From Spirochaetota bacterium (GTDB lineage: Bacteria > Spirochaetota > UBA4802 > UBA5550), in assembly GCA_050298055.1 (NCBI GenBank), contig JBNKTL010000013.1, positions 5,979-69,978 of the forward strand: a stretch of DNA of 64,000 nt, given 5' to 3'. Below the pieces are notes generated by a model, which was given only the letters and a program-made list of their open reading frames with translations, searched no databases and was not told where the DNA came from. A program made the position numbers and the translations under genes. Shown here piece after piece: positions 1-10,372 of the stretch (position 1 is the stretch's first letter; each line of letters opens with the position of its first letter).

Positions 1-96
1 GGCAACAAATGCACCACTGCAGGGGGCAAATGTTACTCCGATTCCGAATGCCCGGGAGGCAGCTGCAGGGGCAACAGGTGTACAAATAGTCTGTAA
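1..96 (+). CDS. 3' end of a Cys-rich repeat protein (truncated by window edge)
   Basis: Frame 1 reads GNKCTTAGGKCYSDSECPGGSCRGNRCTNSL-TAA and is followed by a terminator-like hairpin. Confidence 0.6.
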   Translation, partial: GNKCTTAGGKCYSDSECPGGSCRGNRCTNSL

Positions 97-111
97 ACCT
101 TATCCAGATAA

Positions 112-150
112 AGAGGGGCTCTGTGAAATGATGATCACAAAGCCCCTTTA
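112..150. terminator. Intrinsic terminator-like hairpin between convergent genes
   Basis: AGGGGCT-CTGTGA...TCACA-AAGCCCCTTT stem. Confidence 0.55.
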
Positions 151-243
151 TATGTTTTACTCACGCGAAAGGGAAACCCGGCAACGGAATAATGACTTCC
201 GTTTTTTCGTGGGGCGGGGTCAGAGCATACTTTTTCATTCCCT

Positions 244-2157
244 TTATATCTTCAGGTCAAGTCCCGTAAAGAATGTTCGTCCCGGGGTGTTGTATCCGTA
301 AGCCAATTCATAATCTTCATCAAGAAGGTTTTCGACCCTGAACCGGGCAGAGAGATTTTTTGTTATATCATTATACCTGATATTAAGGTCCAGTTTATCG
401 TAACCCTTCAGGTTGTAATGAGTTGTGGCAGTCTGATATGATTTTGTTTTTGTCTGATAAGTGTACGCGAGGTTCAGATTTATCTTTTCCATGATCACAG
501 CATTTAATGAAGCGTTATGCTTATGGGCCGGTCTTCCCAGGGCCCTTGATTCATCTTCCTTTTCATAATCAACATAGGTATAATTATACGCGGCATAAAG
601 AAAATCAAAAGGCCTGAGTTTCAGATCAACTTCATAACCTCTACTCTTAATCTTTCCTTCAATATTTGTGTAACCGGTACCTGTCCATTTTATCTCATTT
701 TCCATTTCCTGGATAAAATATGTGGCGCCGATTGTTATCATTTTCCCCAAAATACCCTGTTCAATACCCACATCATATGTAAAACTCTCTTCCGGATCAA
801 GGTCTTCATTTCCATAAGAGGGATCATACAGCTCATAAAGAGTGGGAGCTCTGAAACCTGTTCCCGCTGAGGCCCTGATGAGTGTTCCGATAACAGGGAC
901 AGTCAATGATACACCTCCGTCAAAAGTTGTGTGGCTGCCGAACTCTTCATTTTTTTCATACCTCATACCGCCATTGAGGAACAGGATTTTTAAAAGAGAA
1001 ATCTTGTCATGGGCATAAAAACCCACATCATAGATTTCTTTTTCATCATTAACACCCCAGTGAGAACCTGTTTCCCCGGCCTCTTTGTGATAGTCAACAC
1101 CCAGTGTCAGTTCATTAATATCAGCCGCTGACAGGCTTACGAGAAAGTTCGCTCCCAGGTTTCTTCCCTGGTATATGTATAAACTCTCTTCTGTTGTATC
1201 GATAAAATCGTTATTATCAAGATAGTTTCTCACCAGAGATGAATAATTAACTCCTCCCTGGTACATGAGGAAATCCAGGGGTGAATGTCTGAATATAGCC
1301 CCCCCTGTAAAATAACTTCTTATTATTTTGTTATTCGGATCATCATCATCCACCCCATCATCAAATTCATATTCTGAATCCATGTATCTCATGGTCATAT
1401 CCAGAGTGGCGTTACGAAAAACCTTAATGCCCACAGCCCCGGAAGCACTCAGATTGTCATAACCGTCTTTGTCAAATTCGTAACTCTGTGGGGTGATCTC
1501 TTTCACGGAGCTTTCACCTTCGGTTGAGACCTTTGTTATATTAAATGAATAGTTCATTTTTTCCGTGGAACCGGATGTTGAAATATACTCCCTGTGGTAC
1601 TTTAAGGAGCCCCCCTCAGCGCCGGCTGTTACACTTGGTTCTCCTTTACCCTTCTTTGTAATAATATTGATAACTCCCCCTGTTGCTTCCGAACCATACA
1701 GAGAACTCATTGCCCCCTTGATGACCTCAATTCTTTCGATATTATCGGAGGTAAGGATCCCCAGGTCAACCTGTTTGCCTACACTGGTTGGATCAGACAA
1801 CCTCACGCCATCAACAAGGATAAGAGCATTAGCCTTTCTCGACCCCCTGATATAGACTTTTGTTGACGATCCGTAATTCCCGTAACCTGTAATTGTAACG
1901 CCGGGAAGCATCTCGAGAAGTTCAGAGACACTCTTTTTTCCCGATTTTTTGATATCTTCCTCGGTAATGATCTCAATGCTTTTCCCGGTCTCCTTTGCCT
2001 GGGTCTCATACCGGGTTGCGGTGACTACAACCTTACCAAGGTCTTTAACCTTATCCTTCTCTTTCTTCGTTTCCTCTTCCGTTTCCCGGGCAAAGAGAAA
2101 ACCGCTAAATAATAACTGGACAATAAGAACAGTTAAAAAGAACTTTTTCCTTTTCAT
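244..2157 (-). CDS. btuB: TonB-dependent outer-membrane cobalamin receptor
   Basis: Signal peptide, TonB box VVVTATR, plug motif IERIEVIKGAMSSLYGSEATGGVINIITK, C-terminal NLLDEDY...PGRTF; cobalamin riboswitch upstream. Confidence 0.9.
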   Translation of the reverse strand: MKRKKFFLTVLIVQLLFSGFLFARETEEETKKEKDKVKDLGKVVVTATRYETQAKETGKSIEIITEEDIKKSGKKSVSELLEMLPGVTITGYGNYGSSTKVYIRGSRKANALILVDGVRLSDPTSVGKQVDLGILTSDNIERIEVIKGAMSSLYGSEATGGVINIITKKGKGEPSVTAGAEGGSLKYHREYISTSGSTEKMNYSFNITKVSTEGESSVKEITPQSYEFDKDGYDNLSASGAVGIKVFRNATLDMTMRYMDSEYEFDDGVDDDDPNNKIIRSYFTGGAIFRHSPLDFLMYQGGVNYSSLVRNYLDNNDFIDTTEESLYIYQGRNLGANFLVSLSAADINELTLGVDYHKEAGETGSHWGVNDEKEIYDVGFYAHDKISLLKILFLNGGMRYEKNEEFGSHTTFDGGVSLTVPVIGTLIRASAGTGFRAPTLYELYDPSYGNEDLDPEESFTYDVGIEQGILGKMITIGATYFIQEMENEIKWTGTGYTNIEGKIKSRGYEVDLKLRPFDFLYAAYNYTYVDYEKEDESRALGRPAHKHNASLNAVIMEKINLNLAYTYQTKTKSYQTATTHYNLKGYDKLDLNIRYNDITKNLSARFRVENLLDEDYELAYGYNTPGRTFFTGLDLKI

Positions 2158-2221
2158 CCTTTCTTCTCCTAAATTTTTAATAAAATTTAAAAGTTACAGG
2201 CTTCAGCGTCATAAAAGACAC

Positions 2222-2265
2222 AAAAAAACCCGAAACCTTTCAGGCTCCGGGGATTTCCCTTTTTT
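2222..2265 (-). terminator. Riboswitch attenuator terminator of btuB
   Basis: Transcript CCCGGAGCC-TGAA-AGGTTTCGGG followed by a T7 run. Confidence 0.75.
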
Positions 2266-2319
2266 ATCCTCGAATAGATGAACAGAGTGTTTTGCCGGAC
2301 ACACTGTTTTTCCGTTTGC

Positions 2320-2490
2320 GTTGACAGGTCTTCTGGCTCCCGGATCTTCCTACCGGCCAGGCCTTCCCGCTTGATAGGCAGTGGCATGTTCTGGCTTTCG
2401 TCCCCGGTTACAGCGGCGGGCCCGCTCCTGAATCTAACAGGATTCCCTTTAACCTCCGTCTTCATGGAGGATCAACACAGTTAATATACG
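2320..2490 (-). promoter_or_regulatory. Cobalamin riboswitch
   Basis: Minus strand has TTAAAGGGAATCC, GCCCGCCGCTGTAA, GCCACTG, GGGAAGG and B12 box GAGCCAGAAGACCTGTC, upstream of btuB. Confidence 0.93.
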
Positions 2491-2552
2491 TCAAATAACG
2501 AAAGTCAGTGTAAAAGCCTCTTGAGATGTGTCAATAAAAAACTGGATTTTTT

Positions 2553-3032
2553 CTACAGACCTTTACTTTCGAGAATTCGTTTAAGGTTTTCACCTTCTTC
2601 CTTTATATGTTTTTTGCCGGCTTCAACACCGGTATCCACATGATTCCTGGCAATTAAACGATAAAATTCAAACCACCGGATAGAACCAATCATTGTAAAA
2701 ACAGAAGAGGGGCCTTTCGGTTCAATATACCATTCAAATCCTGGAGAGACCAGTGAAAGAGGAAAAGCATAGAGAAAAACAATTTTCCTGCAGGGGATGA
2801 CTTCTCCGATTTTTCCCCTGAGTTTTTTTAACTCTCCCTGCAGAATTTCTTCACCATACCAGCGGGCCCCGGTTTCCATTGGGTTTCCCCCGGTCCATTT
2901 AAAATTGATATGGTCTTCAGGATGCCAGCTCTTATAGTTTTCTTCAAGGTGGGTAAAAAAATCCCAGATCACTTCGGGTGTTGTTTTAATTTCTATGGAC
3001 TCTTTCATTTCCAGCGGCTTAAAGAGGTTCAT
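2553..3032 (-). CDS. SRPBCC/START-family protein
   Basis: SIEIKTTPEVIWDFF...W N-terminus and C-terminal helix ENLKRILES. Confidence 0.7.
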   Translation of the reverse strand: MNLFKPLEMKESIEIKTTPEVIWDFFTHLEENYKSWHPEDHINFKWTGGNPMETGARWYGEEILQGELKKLRGKIGEVIPCRKIVFLYAFPLSLVSPGFEWYIEPKGPSSVFTMIGSIRWFEFYRLIARNHVDTGVEAGKKHIKEEGENLKRILESKGL

Positions 3033-3104
3033 GTTTCACTCTCCCCGCAACACTCAAAATTATCTGTTTCCCCTAAAGCAAAACAGAAGAATATTCCGGT
3101 TTTT

Positions 3105-3662
3105 TCAGGTTTTTGTTAAGATAGCTGTCTTACTTAAAAAGACCTTCGGCCCTTTCGAATCCGCAAGCCCGGTATCCCGGGCAATCTTAAGAGTTTCCTC
3201 AAATGCCGATTTTGATACATGAAAGGGCGGCTCTACAATGAGGATTTTTCCCTTTTCTTTCAACATTCTTCCTATCTCCCGGAAGAACTCCTCTTTATGG
3301 GGGACTTCGTGGACCATATAGAATATCATGATAAAATCAAGATCTTCTGACAAGCCTATTTTCGTCTCCTGGCACTTATGCAGTGTTATCCGCCCTTCAA
3401 CTTCCGTCCCTTTTATCCTGTCTCTCACTTTTTCAAGCATTCCTTCCTGGAGATCGGAAGCGATGACCCGGCCCGATTCGCCTGCCATAAGGGCCATGTC
3501 AAGGGTGAAAAAGCCCGGCCCGCACCCCAGGTCGAGGACCGTCATCCCTTCTTTCACATAAGGTCCCAGGATTTTCCGTGGATTTTGCACCAGCCTTCGA
3601 ATTCCGGTATCAAGACTCCCCGCTCTTTCAACCGGACATATACGGTTACTTTTCTTCCTCAT
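3105..3662 (-). CDS. Class I SAM-dependent methyltransferase
   Basis: VLDLGCGPGFFT motif I; LKEKGKILIVE. Confidence 0.85.
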   Translation of the reverse strand: MRKKSNRICPVERAGSLDTGIRRLVQNPRKILGPYVKEGMTVLDLGCGPGFFTLDMALMAGESGRVIASDLQEGMLEKVRDRIKGTEVEGRITLHKCQETKIGLSEDLDFIMIFYMVHEVPHKEEFFREIGRMLKEKGKILIVEPPFHVSKSAFEETLKIARDTGLADSKGPKVFLSKTAILTKT

Positions 3663-3735
3663 TTTATCCTACTCCTTCATCTGGTCCGACATTCGGATCC
3701 CCCGGCAGACAACGACCTCCCGGTCATAAACTCTT

Positions 3736-4203
3736 TTATTCCCTGCCCGGAGGTTTACGGCGCATTTTTTTTGTTTCCGTCCACCCGTTACCGGCATTTT
3801 CCCGGTAATCAAATTTTGGAACATAGGGTTTGATGTCGATAAGGGGCGTGTTATCAAGTATATCTATTTCACCTACTTCCAGAATATTTTTCTCTCTTCT
3901 TTCCAGTTTAACGATAGAGATACCAATGCCGTTGGGTCTGCAGGGGTGACGGGAGGCAAAGACCCCATGAGGAGCATCATCCAGAAAGGTCTGCCTGGAT
4001 AAGATTATCTCTCCTGCCCTGTCAAATATATACAAGAGGAAAACGTGTGAGAATGTTTCTATTGTCTCCAGTGCTTTTTCATATTCCGGGAATATCTCAA
4101 CCCGCCCTTTTCCCCCGGGTTTTTGGATACCTTGAATGGGGCACTCTTCCTTTGTTTTATAGGGAGAGTAAATTGTTCCGATCTGTTCTATTTCAAATTT
4201 CAT
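3736..4203 (-). CDS. tsaA: tRNA (t6A37-N6)-methyltransferase TrmO/TsaA family
   Basis: IGTIYSPYK, GVFASRHPCRPNGIG, DILDNTPLIDIKPY. Confidence 0.85.
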   Translation of the reverse strand: MKFEIEQIGTIYSPYKTKEECPIQGIQKPGGKGRVEIFPEYEKALETIETFSHVFLLYIFDRAGEIILSRQTFLDDAPHGVFASRHPCRPNGIGISIVKLERREKNILEVGEIDILDNTPLIDIKPYVPKFDYRENAGNGWTETKKMRRKPPGRE

Positions 4204-4368
4204 TATTTTTTCATCTTACAAAACGTGTAGTTGTCCGGTAAAATAAAATTCCGGTACATCCGGAATTAATAAACCGTTGTCCTTTTATAGTGCCTTTAAA
4301 CAATGTGTAAAGAAATATTTAATTATTCAACATTGACAGTTTTTTATTATGACATTATTTGAAATATC

Positions 4369-5127
4369 TTATTGCGGATTATTCACTAAATTCTCAGGAA
4401 CAAATCCGCTTATTATCTTTAATGCTCTTTTAGGCATCAACCGGTTTAATCGATAAATAAAAGCTGCCATTTTTACATATGTTTCATCTTCTCCTTTTTC
4501 TATTCCCCGGAGTGCGATCCTGGCGGCTTCATCAGCTTTAATTGCATGTTTCGGAGTATGTCCCTTCTGAAAAGGAGTATCCACAGCAGGATAAAATATT
4601 TCCATGACTTTAATCCCGAGTCTTTCAAATTGAATTCTCATACTCAATGTCAGTGAATGCAATGCTGCTTTGGTAGCGCAATAATTCGGTCTTATGAAGA
4701 GGGGAACATACGCCAGACCGGAACTTATATTAACAATGGTTCCTCTGCCTTCCGATAACAATTCCATGAACATCTGTGACAGCAGTACCGGGGCGAGATA
4801 ATTTGTCTCCCACTCTTCTCTTATAGGCTCCTCAATATTACCGGCCTGTGTCATTAAAATGTTATTACCTGTTCCGGCGTTATTTACAAGCATGTCTAAA
4901 CGGCCAAAATCATTAAGGATTTTCCCGTAAAGGGCTTTCCGGTCTTTCGAGTCTGTGATGTCACATCTCATTGTAATGAGTTCAGGCTTTTCTTTTTTGG
5001 CGTTTTCAAGCTTTTGCTCTGAACGGCCGCAGATGATAACATGATTTCCCGCATCTGCCACCTGTTTTGCCATTTCAAGTCCAATCCCGGAACTGCCGCC
5101 GGTAATTAAAATAATTTTATTCTTCAT
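4369..5127 (-). CDS. Short-chain dehydrogenase/reductase (DltE-like)
   Basis: TGGSSGIG, NNAG and YCATK motifs. Confidence 0.9.
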   Translation of the reverse strand: MKNKIILITGGSSGIGLEMAKQVADAGNHVIICGRSEQKLENAKKEKPELITMRCDITDSKDRKALYGKILNDFGRLDMLVNNAGTGNNILMTQAGNIEEPIREEWETNYLAPVLLSQMFMELLSEGRGTIVNISSGLAYVPLFIRPNYCATKAALHSLTLSMRIQFERLGIKVMEIFYPAVDTPFQKGHTPKHAIKADEAARIALRGIEKGEDETYVKMAAFIYRLNRLMPKRALKIISGFVPENLVNNPQ

Positions 5128-5154
5128 AACAAACTCCTTATCTTTAAACTTATT

Positions 5155-5293
5155 TAACTACTCAGCTATATGGCTATAATCAACTTATATACTAAAAATA
5201 TTAACAATATGTCCCCGCCGCCATCGGCGCCGGGGACATATCGGTTGTCTTTTTTATTGAATGTGATTATTCTTATACATAGTTAAGTAGTTA
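5155..5293. mobile_element. MITE/REP family A, full copy
   Basis: Ends TAACTACTCAGCTAT...ATAGTTAAGTAGTTA; central hairpin ATATGTCCCCGCCGCC-ATC-GGCGCCGGGGACATAT (5207-5241); recurs elsewhere in the window. Confidence 0.75.
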
Positions 5294-5340
5294 TAAACTT
5301 ATTTAAAAGTATAACTAATAAGGAATTAAATTGCATTGAT

Positions 5341-5934
5341 CTATGTTAATTTCAATTTTTTTCTTATCCGGCTTAATGCTTCCGGGGTAATACCTAAAAA
5401 TGACGCTATGTGAAATAATTTCGCTTTGTCTTCAATTTCAGGATATTCTTTTCTGAATTGCAGGTATCTCTCAGTGGCATCATCCAGGAGAAAAGACTTT
5501 TCCCTCATCTCCTTCATGATATAGACATTTTGCAGGAGCTTAAAAATTACGGGATACCATCTGATATCTTTTTCTATTATCTTTACCCAGTCCTGAAATT
5601 TAAATTCCAGGATATCCGTATCAGTAACAGCTTCTATTGAAAAAAATGATGGTCTATTTTGCACCATCGCGGAATATGAAATGACAAATTTGCCCCGGGT
5701 GGAAAATCCCTTTGTCCAGTCATTACCTTTATCATCGATATAATAGAGTCGAAAAACACCATTCAGGTTAAAACCTGCATATTCAGGGATATCACCTGCG
5801 TTGATAAAAAATTCTCCCTTTTTTATGGTCCTCATCCGGCAAATATCAAAAAAACTCCCGGGAAATTCCTCAGGAACATCTGCCAGTGCTGAAAGATGTT
5901 TTTTGAAAAAGGAGAACGCCTGTTCTTTATTCAT
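5341..5934 (-). CDS. Crp/Fnr-family transcriptional regulator
   Basis: cNMP domain plus HTH HIASFLGITPEALSRIRK. Confidence 0.88.
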   Translation of the reverse strand: MNKEQAFSFFKKHLSALADVPEEFPGSFFDICRMRTIKKGEFFINAGDIPEYAGFNLNGVFRLYYIDDKGNDWTKGFSTRGKFVISYSAMVQNRPSFFSIEAVTDTDILEFKFQDWVKIIEKDIRWYPVIFKLLQNVYIMKEMREKSFLLDDATERYLQFRKEYPEIEDKAKLFHIASFLGITPEALSRIRKKLKLT

Positions 5935-6137
5935 ATTAAATCACCCTGATTTTATTCTCAGAACTTTTGAGAATACTTACAAGAATTTTTTTACTCATTA
6001 TTTCTTATAGTTATTTTGCCATTGGAGGCACAGGGGAATTATAAAGTGACTTTTGCGACCTGGTATAACAGGAAGTTTTAAAAAGTGGGTTTCTCATATA
6101 AAATGTATAAAATCTATGCCACAGAGGCCCGTCTGAT

Positions 6138-6359
6138 TTACATTCCCAGGAAGAACTCCCATCCTTTCCGGGTAAAGGGATCGCTGCACAGCTGAAGCAT
6201 GGATTCCTTTTCTTTCAGAAAATGAAAGCTTTCAGGATCCAGGATGTCCATTTCAATCAAATCATGGATATTCTTAATTTCATCGGAAAAATGAAAAGAG
6301 AATACCTGGTTTTTCTCATAATTTGCATAGACCTTATATATCAGCTGCCAGTTTTCCAT
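6138..6359 (-). CDS. Hypothetical protein, possibly frameshifted (could extend to 6011)
   Basis: 73-aa ATG ORF; an adjacent frame stays open to TAA at 6011. Confidence 0.45.
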   Translation of the reverse strand: MENWQLIYKVYANYEKNQVFSFHFSDEIKNIHDLIEMDILDPESFHFLKEKESMLQLCSDPFTRKGWEFFLGM

Positions 6360-6399
6360 ATTATATGAGTATACATATCAATGGAAAAATGTCAACGGA

Positions 6400-6460
6400 A
6401 GTGTAATGAACGCTACGCAGAGTGTAATGAACGCTACAGGGAGGGTAATGAATGACATCT
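6400..6460. repeat. 21-bp tandem repeat, about 3 copies
   Basis: AGTGTAATGAACGCTACGCAG / AGTGTAATGAACGCTACAGGG / AGGGTAATGAATGACATCT. Confidence 0.7.
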
Positions 6461-6482
6461 TAAGGAATATTCATATTAATAT

Positions 6483-8519
6483 TTATTTGAAATCAATTCT
6501 CCACAGGGAGTGTTTGGGGATCGTTACTTTAAAGGGACTGTTTATTTCGATATTTTCAGTAATCATTGATACATTTTCAGTTGATTCATTATTCGCGCTT
6601 AAATCTGCATTTTCATAGCGATGAAGTTCAGCTTCTCCGGGTGCAAAGTTCTCAAGGTCTATGTTTACTGTAATAGCATCGGAATAATGACGGTTAAGCA
6701 GCAGAACACGGGGTTTTCCTGTTGCGGAATTCTTTGTGGCCAGGGCAGTAACAAAGGGATAAGTAAATCCCGAAGGGACATTGCCGGCGCCCGTATCTAT
6801 TGTCTGAGTACCTGTATCATCAATACTTATGTTGAGCAGCTTTTCGTCTGCCAGGGCAGAGAACAATTTGAAAACAACCCCTGCGGGACGTAAGGCACCG
6901 GTATCAGGATCAAGCAATATCCCAAACCCTCCTCCATGCAGCAGATTGTATATATGTGCGCCCTCTACTTTTCGTGACGATATCACATACATCAGCATAT
7001 CGGCTACAGCAAGTCCCGACTGAAAGTCTTTAAGATATGAAACAAGAATATTCCCGAATTCATCTTCAATTAAAATATTGTACTCGGTAAGCCAGAAAGG
7101 AAGTTTTGTTACAGCTTCAACGTTTGTGTTTATTGTATCAATCAGCAATTTGCCGCCGGTCATCGCGTATTGAAAGTTCGTTTCTTCATCAGCATTATAA
7201 TACCTGGAAGCATAGAAGTGTCCGTTAGTAAAATCTGCCTTTTTTACCCCTGTCTCCGTATCAAAAACCTGGCCGTTCCAGTTGTAAATCAGATCTAAAA
7301 TACCATTATCTCCCGGAACAAGCCAGTCTGCCTTCTGATAACAGGGCTCATTGATAGCGCCGAGAGAGATGGTTTTCCCCAGGGAACCGGCTTTTGTTTT
7401 CATACTTGATATTATCTCATTTGTCAATAACGCGTAATTCGCCCCGGTACCGGGAAGAGAACCTCCGCTGTAGTTCTCACTGGGCTCGTTTCCTATTTCA
7501 AAATACCTCACATTCCACGGAGTTGTTCTGCCGTTTGCCCCGCGGGCAGCCCCCTGAACCGTAGACGCGGATCCCAAAATATATTCCACAAGATCGGCGG
7601 CATTTTCCGGGGTATCCAGGGCATTGACCTGGACTAACGGCTCAATGTTCAGTTCTTCACAGAGATCAAGAAATTCGTGAAGCCCTAATAAAGGGGTCTC
7701 ATAGATATTAAATGCAAAAAATTCCCCTCTTGAAATTACCGGACCTATGGAATCTTTCCAGAAAAACCAGTCCACGAGAGTCCCCCCGGGCCAGCGCAGA
7801 CTTTTTATTCCCAGGTCCCGGATTGCGGTTTTCAGCGATGCTTTAACTTCCGGCTCTGACCCGGCAGGGAGCATTCTGACCTCGTCAATTCTGATAGTGT
7901 TTGTAGAACTGAGATATATTGCGATAACAGGTGTTTCTTCATCAGCAGAAGGAGTAAGAGTCATCTCATGCTGTGTCCATGTTCCGTTTGCTACTGCAAT
8001 TGATGATGAAGCCAGGACAGTGGTGATTCCAGAATCATAAATATAGACTTCCGCATTGGCTGTCGAACCATCACCATAACTGGAAAAATAAACTTTGTAG
8101 CTCTCTCCGGATTTTATTCCAACCAGAGCCTGCTGTAAAATCCCTGTTGATCCGGCCCCTGGCTGTGAAAGTTCAACATAGCCTGCATAGCTTTTCCCCC
8201 CTGCGGGATCTGTATCACCCGGATCTGTTGTATTAAATGTTATGGTACCTCCCGTATTAGTATATGAAGCCCATACCTGAATTTTATTAACCGAATCGTC
8301 TGTGCTTCTGAAAGACCTGTCCCTTAAATAATCTCCATTCTCAACAGTATAGTATGCCCGGTAATTCCAGTCATAATTTGCACCGAATAGTAATGGCGTT
8401 ACAGATGGTTTACTATTTCCATTCGAACCGCAGGATGAACAGGAAAGGAATACAGCTGAAAGAATAACAATAGATAATGTCATTTTAATTCCGGACATCA
8501 CACATGACCTCCCTTGCAT
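6483..8519 (-). CDS. GH51-like alpha-L-arabinofuranosidase lipoprotein with CBM-like domain
   Basis: LRWPGG, YFEIGNEP (acid/base), WLTEYN (nucleophile), C-terminal IPKHS; lipobox-like LSC. Confidence 0.82.
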   Translation of the reverse strand: MQGRSCVMSGIKMTLSIVILSAVFLSCSSCGSNGNSKPSVTPLLFGANYDWNYRAYYTVENGDYLRDRSFRSTDDSVNKIQVWASYTNTGGTITFNTTDPGDTDPAGGKSYAGYVELSQPGAGSTGILQQALVGIKSGESYKVYFSSYGDGSTANAEVYIYDSGITTVLASSSIAVANGTWTQHEMTLTPSADEETPVIAIYLSSTNTIRIDEVRMLPAGSEPEVKASLKTAIRDLGIKSLRWPGGTLVDWFFWKDSIGPVISRGEFFAFNIYETPLLGLHEFLDLCEELNIEPLVQVNALDTPENAADLVEYILGSASTVQGAARGANGRTTPWNVRYFEIGNEPSENYSGGSLPGTGANYALLTNEIISSMKTKAGSLGKTISLGAINEPCYQKADWLVPGDNGILDLIYNWNGQVFDTETGVKKADFTNGHFYASRYYNADEETNFQYAMTGGKLLIDTINTNVEAVTKLPFWLTEYNILIEDEFGNILVSYLKDFQSGLAVADMLMYVISSRKVEGAHIYNLLHGGGFGILLDPDTGALRPAGVVFKLFSALADEKLLNISIDDTGTQTIDTGAGNVPSGFTYPFVTALATKNSATGKPRVLLLNRHYSDAITVNIDLENFAPGEAELHRYENADLSANNESTENVSMITENIEINSPFKVTIPKHSLWRIDFK

Positions 8520-8779
8520 TTGGAGAGTTACATATCATGCATTGAAAACGATATATTTTTGATCTGAGATTGATATTTAACAGAATCAGAAAAGGTTAAT
8601 AATACTACAATTGCTTTGGCATTTAGTGTAATTTTTTTTATTCGTAACTAATATATCCCCTCTGTATTCGATGGTGGGATATATTAATATCTGTACAGTT
8701 ACTTCATATGTCAAATATATTGCCTCTTGAAAGAAATACTACCAGGGAGCAGAGGGGGAAAACTAAGGTTCTGTTTTAG

Positions 8780-9589
8780 CTATTTTTTCAACTCATCCGC
8801 CAGTTCGTTGAGTTCCGCAACCCTGTTTTCAACGGAAGGATGAGTAGAGAAGATCTCCCAGTTCCCCACAGCTGCCATGAGATTACCCATAAGGTGGTGG
8901 GGTGACTTGGGTTTCCTGCTCACAACAGGGCTTCCTCTAAGTTCGGGTGCGATTTTCTGCAGTGCCGATGCCAGGATCATGGGCTCCCCTGTGAGCCTTC
9001 CTGCGTATTCATCGGCCCTGTATTCCTTTTGCCGTGAAACAGCCATTGTAATGATACTTGCAACAGCCGGTGCCATTACTGCAATAATCATGGTCTTGGC
9101 CCATCCAAGCTTCCTGTTGCCTCCGAAAAACAGGGCAAAGAGTGAAAGAAGCGTTATAGCACCGGCAAGGGTAGCTGTAATTCTCTGAAAAATATTGTCA
9201 TGATGCACAATATGGGCAAATTCATGCGCTATGACACTCCTCAGTTCATTGTCATCCAGCTTTGAAAAAAGCCCCTCTGTTGCCGTAACGGTTTTTTGCT
9301 CAGGGCATATAATCACTGCCGACCTGGAGGGAATGATATATAAACCGGGCAGAGGGAGCCCTGACTTCTCACTCACACTCTTTGTTATCCGGACAAATTT
9401 ATGGTTTTCAGGCGCCGGATGGGTCTGATACGCGGATAACATGAGGGAATCGGAATGCCAGGTCAAAAGTACGTTTACAATGAGTGCCGCAACTAAGGCA
9501 ATGGCCATCCCTTTGATGCCTGCAAAAAGCCTGCCAATAAACAGGAAAAATGCGGTAAGAAGAATGACGAGCAATATTATTTTTATCAT
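8780..9589 (-). CDS. htpX: M48 zinc metalloprotease, HtpX-like
   Basis: IAHEFAH, SRQKEYRAD, FSTHPSVENR. Confidence 0.8.
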   Translation of the reverse strand: MIKIILLVILLTAFFLFIGRLFAGIKGMAIALVAALIVNVLLTWHSDSLMLSAYQTHPAPENHKFVRITKSVSEKSGLPLPGLYIIPSRSAVIICPEQKTVTATEGLFSKLDDNELRSVIAHEFAHIVHHDNIFQRITATLAGAITLLSLFALFFGGNRKLGWAKTMIIAVMAPAVASIITMAVSRQKEYRADEYAGRLTGEPMILASALQKIAPELRGSPVVSRKPKSPHHLMGNLMAAVGNWEIFSTHPSVENRVAELNELADELKK

Positions 9590-9979
9590 TTATTTCAATT
9601 CCTGATATACTAAAATTGTAAAAAAGGCCACTTAACATTAATGTACTCTAATTGGGACCATAATCAACATTTTTTACCCTGAAAGCCCTCGAAATACTGT
9701 TATTGATTAATACATAAAGTACTGTTTAGTAATGAATATTAAATTAAGAACTTCCTGAAAAAGTCAATAGGATTTCCTCCACTATAAAAAAAATTTATCA
9801 GATAATATAACTTTTTCTTATTGCTGCTCCATATTCTTCCCAGTTGTAATCTATAATTCTGCCTGTATCCCGGGAAAGGGCGTAAGTATTGGAGGTTGGA
9901 TTTGGAACGGATTTATTGATAAACAAAAATTAACACACAGGATACTCATTACAGCAGTGAGAAGTTATTTAACGACAAA

Positions 9980-10372
9980 TTATGTGTTAAATTCAGAAAA
10001 TATATAAAATGTGCGTCCTTCTTTTTCTGTTTTTCGGGCAATCCCCGAGTTTATCATCGACATTAACTGGGAATCAACTGTTTCGTTGTTTCCAACTTCA
10101 CCTTTAATCACTTCTTCAGGGACCTCCCCCTGTTTTTGAGCGGCAAGTTTTAATATCTTCCTTTTTATTTTTTCATGTGATGCGGGGATACCCTCCCTGA
10201 AAAGGAATATTCCCACTCCACCGGCTGTCAAACCGGCAAGAATAAGGGTTACTCCCCTGTCAAACCTGCCGCCTTCTTCTCCCGATGTAAAAATAAAGAT
10301 AACACCGAGAAACATAAGGTAAAGTCCGCCGAGAATTATAGCTATACCTACAATGACTCTTGGTATCATCAC
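9980..10372 (-). CDS. Hypothetical membrane protein (2 TM plus wHTH-like C-terminus)
   Basis: 130-aa ORF with two hydrophobic segments and an AGGAG RBS. Confidence 0.65.
   Translation of the reverse strand: MMIPRVIVGIAIILGGLYLMFLGVIFIFTSGEEGGRFDRGVTLILAGLTAGGVGIFLFREGIPASHEKIKRKILKLAAQKQGEVPEEVIKGEVGNNETVDSQLMSMINSGIARKTEKEGRTFYIFSEFNT

Noticed and set aside
160..215. TCACGCGAAAGGGAAACCCGGCAACGG as a c-di-GMP-I riboswitch
   Set aside because: It lacks the GGGACGCAAAG continuation and the second stem, and it lies between convergent gene ends with nothing to regulate.
2187..2484. ORFs 2187-2465 and 2278-2484 (also 47306-47557)
   Set aside because: They overlap cobalamin riboswitches and are best explained as spurious.
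9760..9950. Coding-like minus-strand fragment upstream of htpX
   Set aside because: Short interrupted frames with no assignable family.
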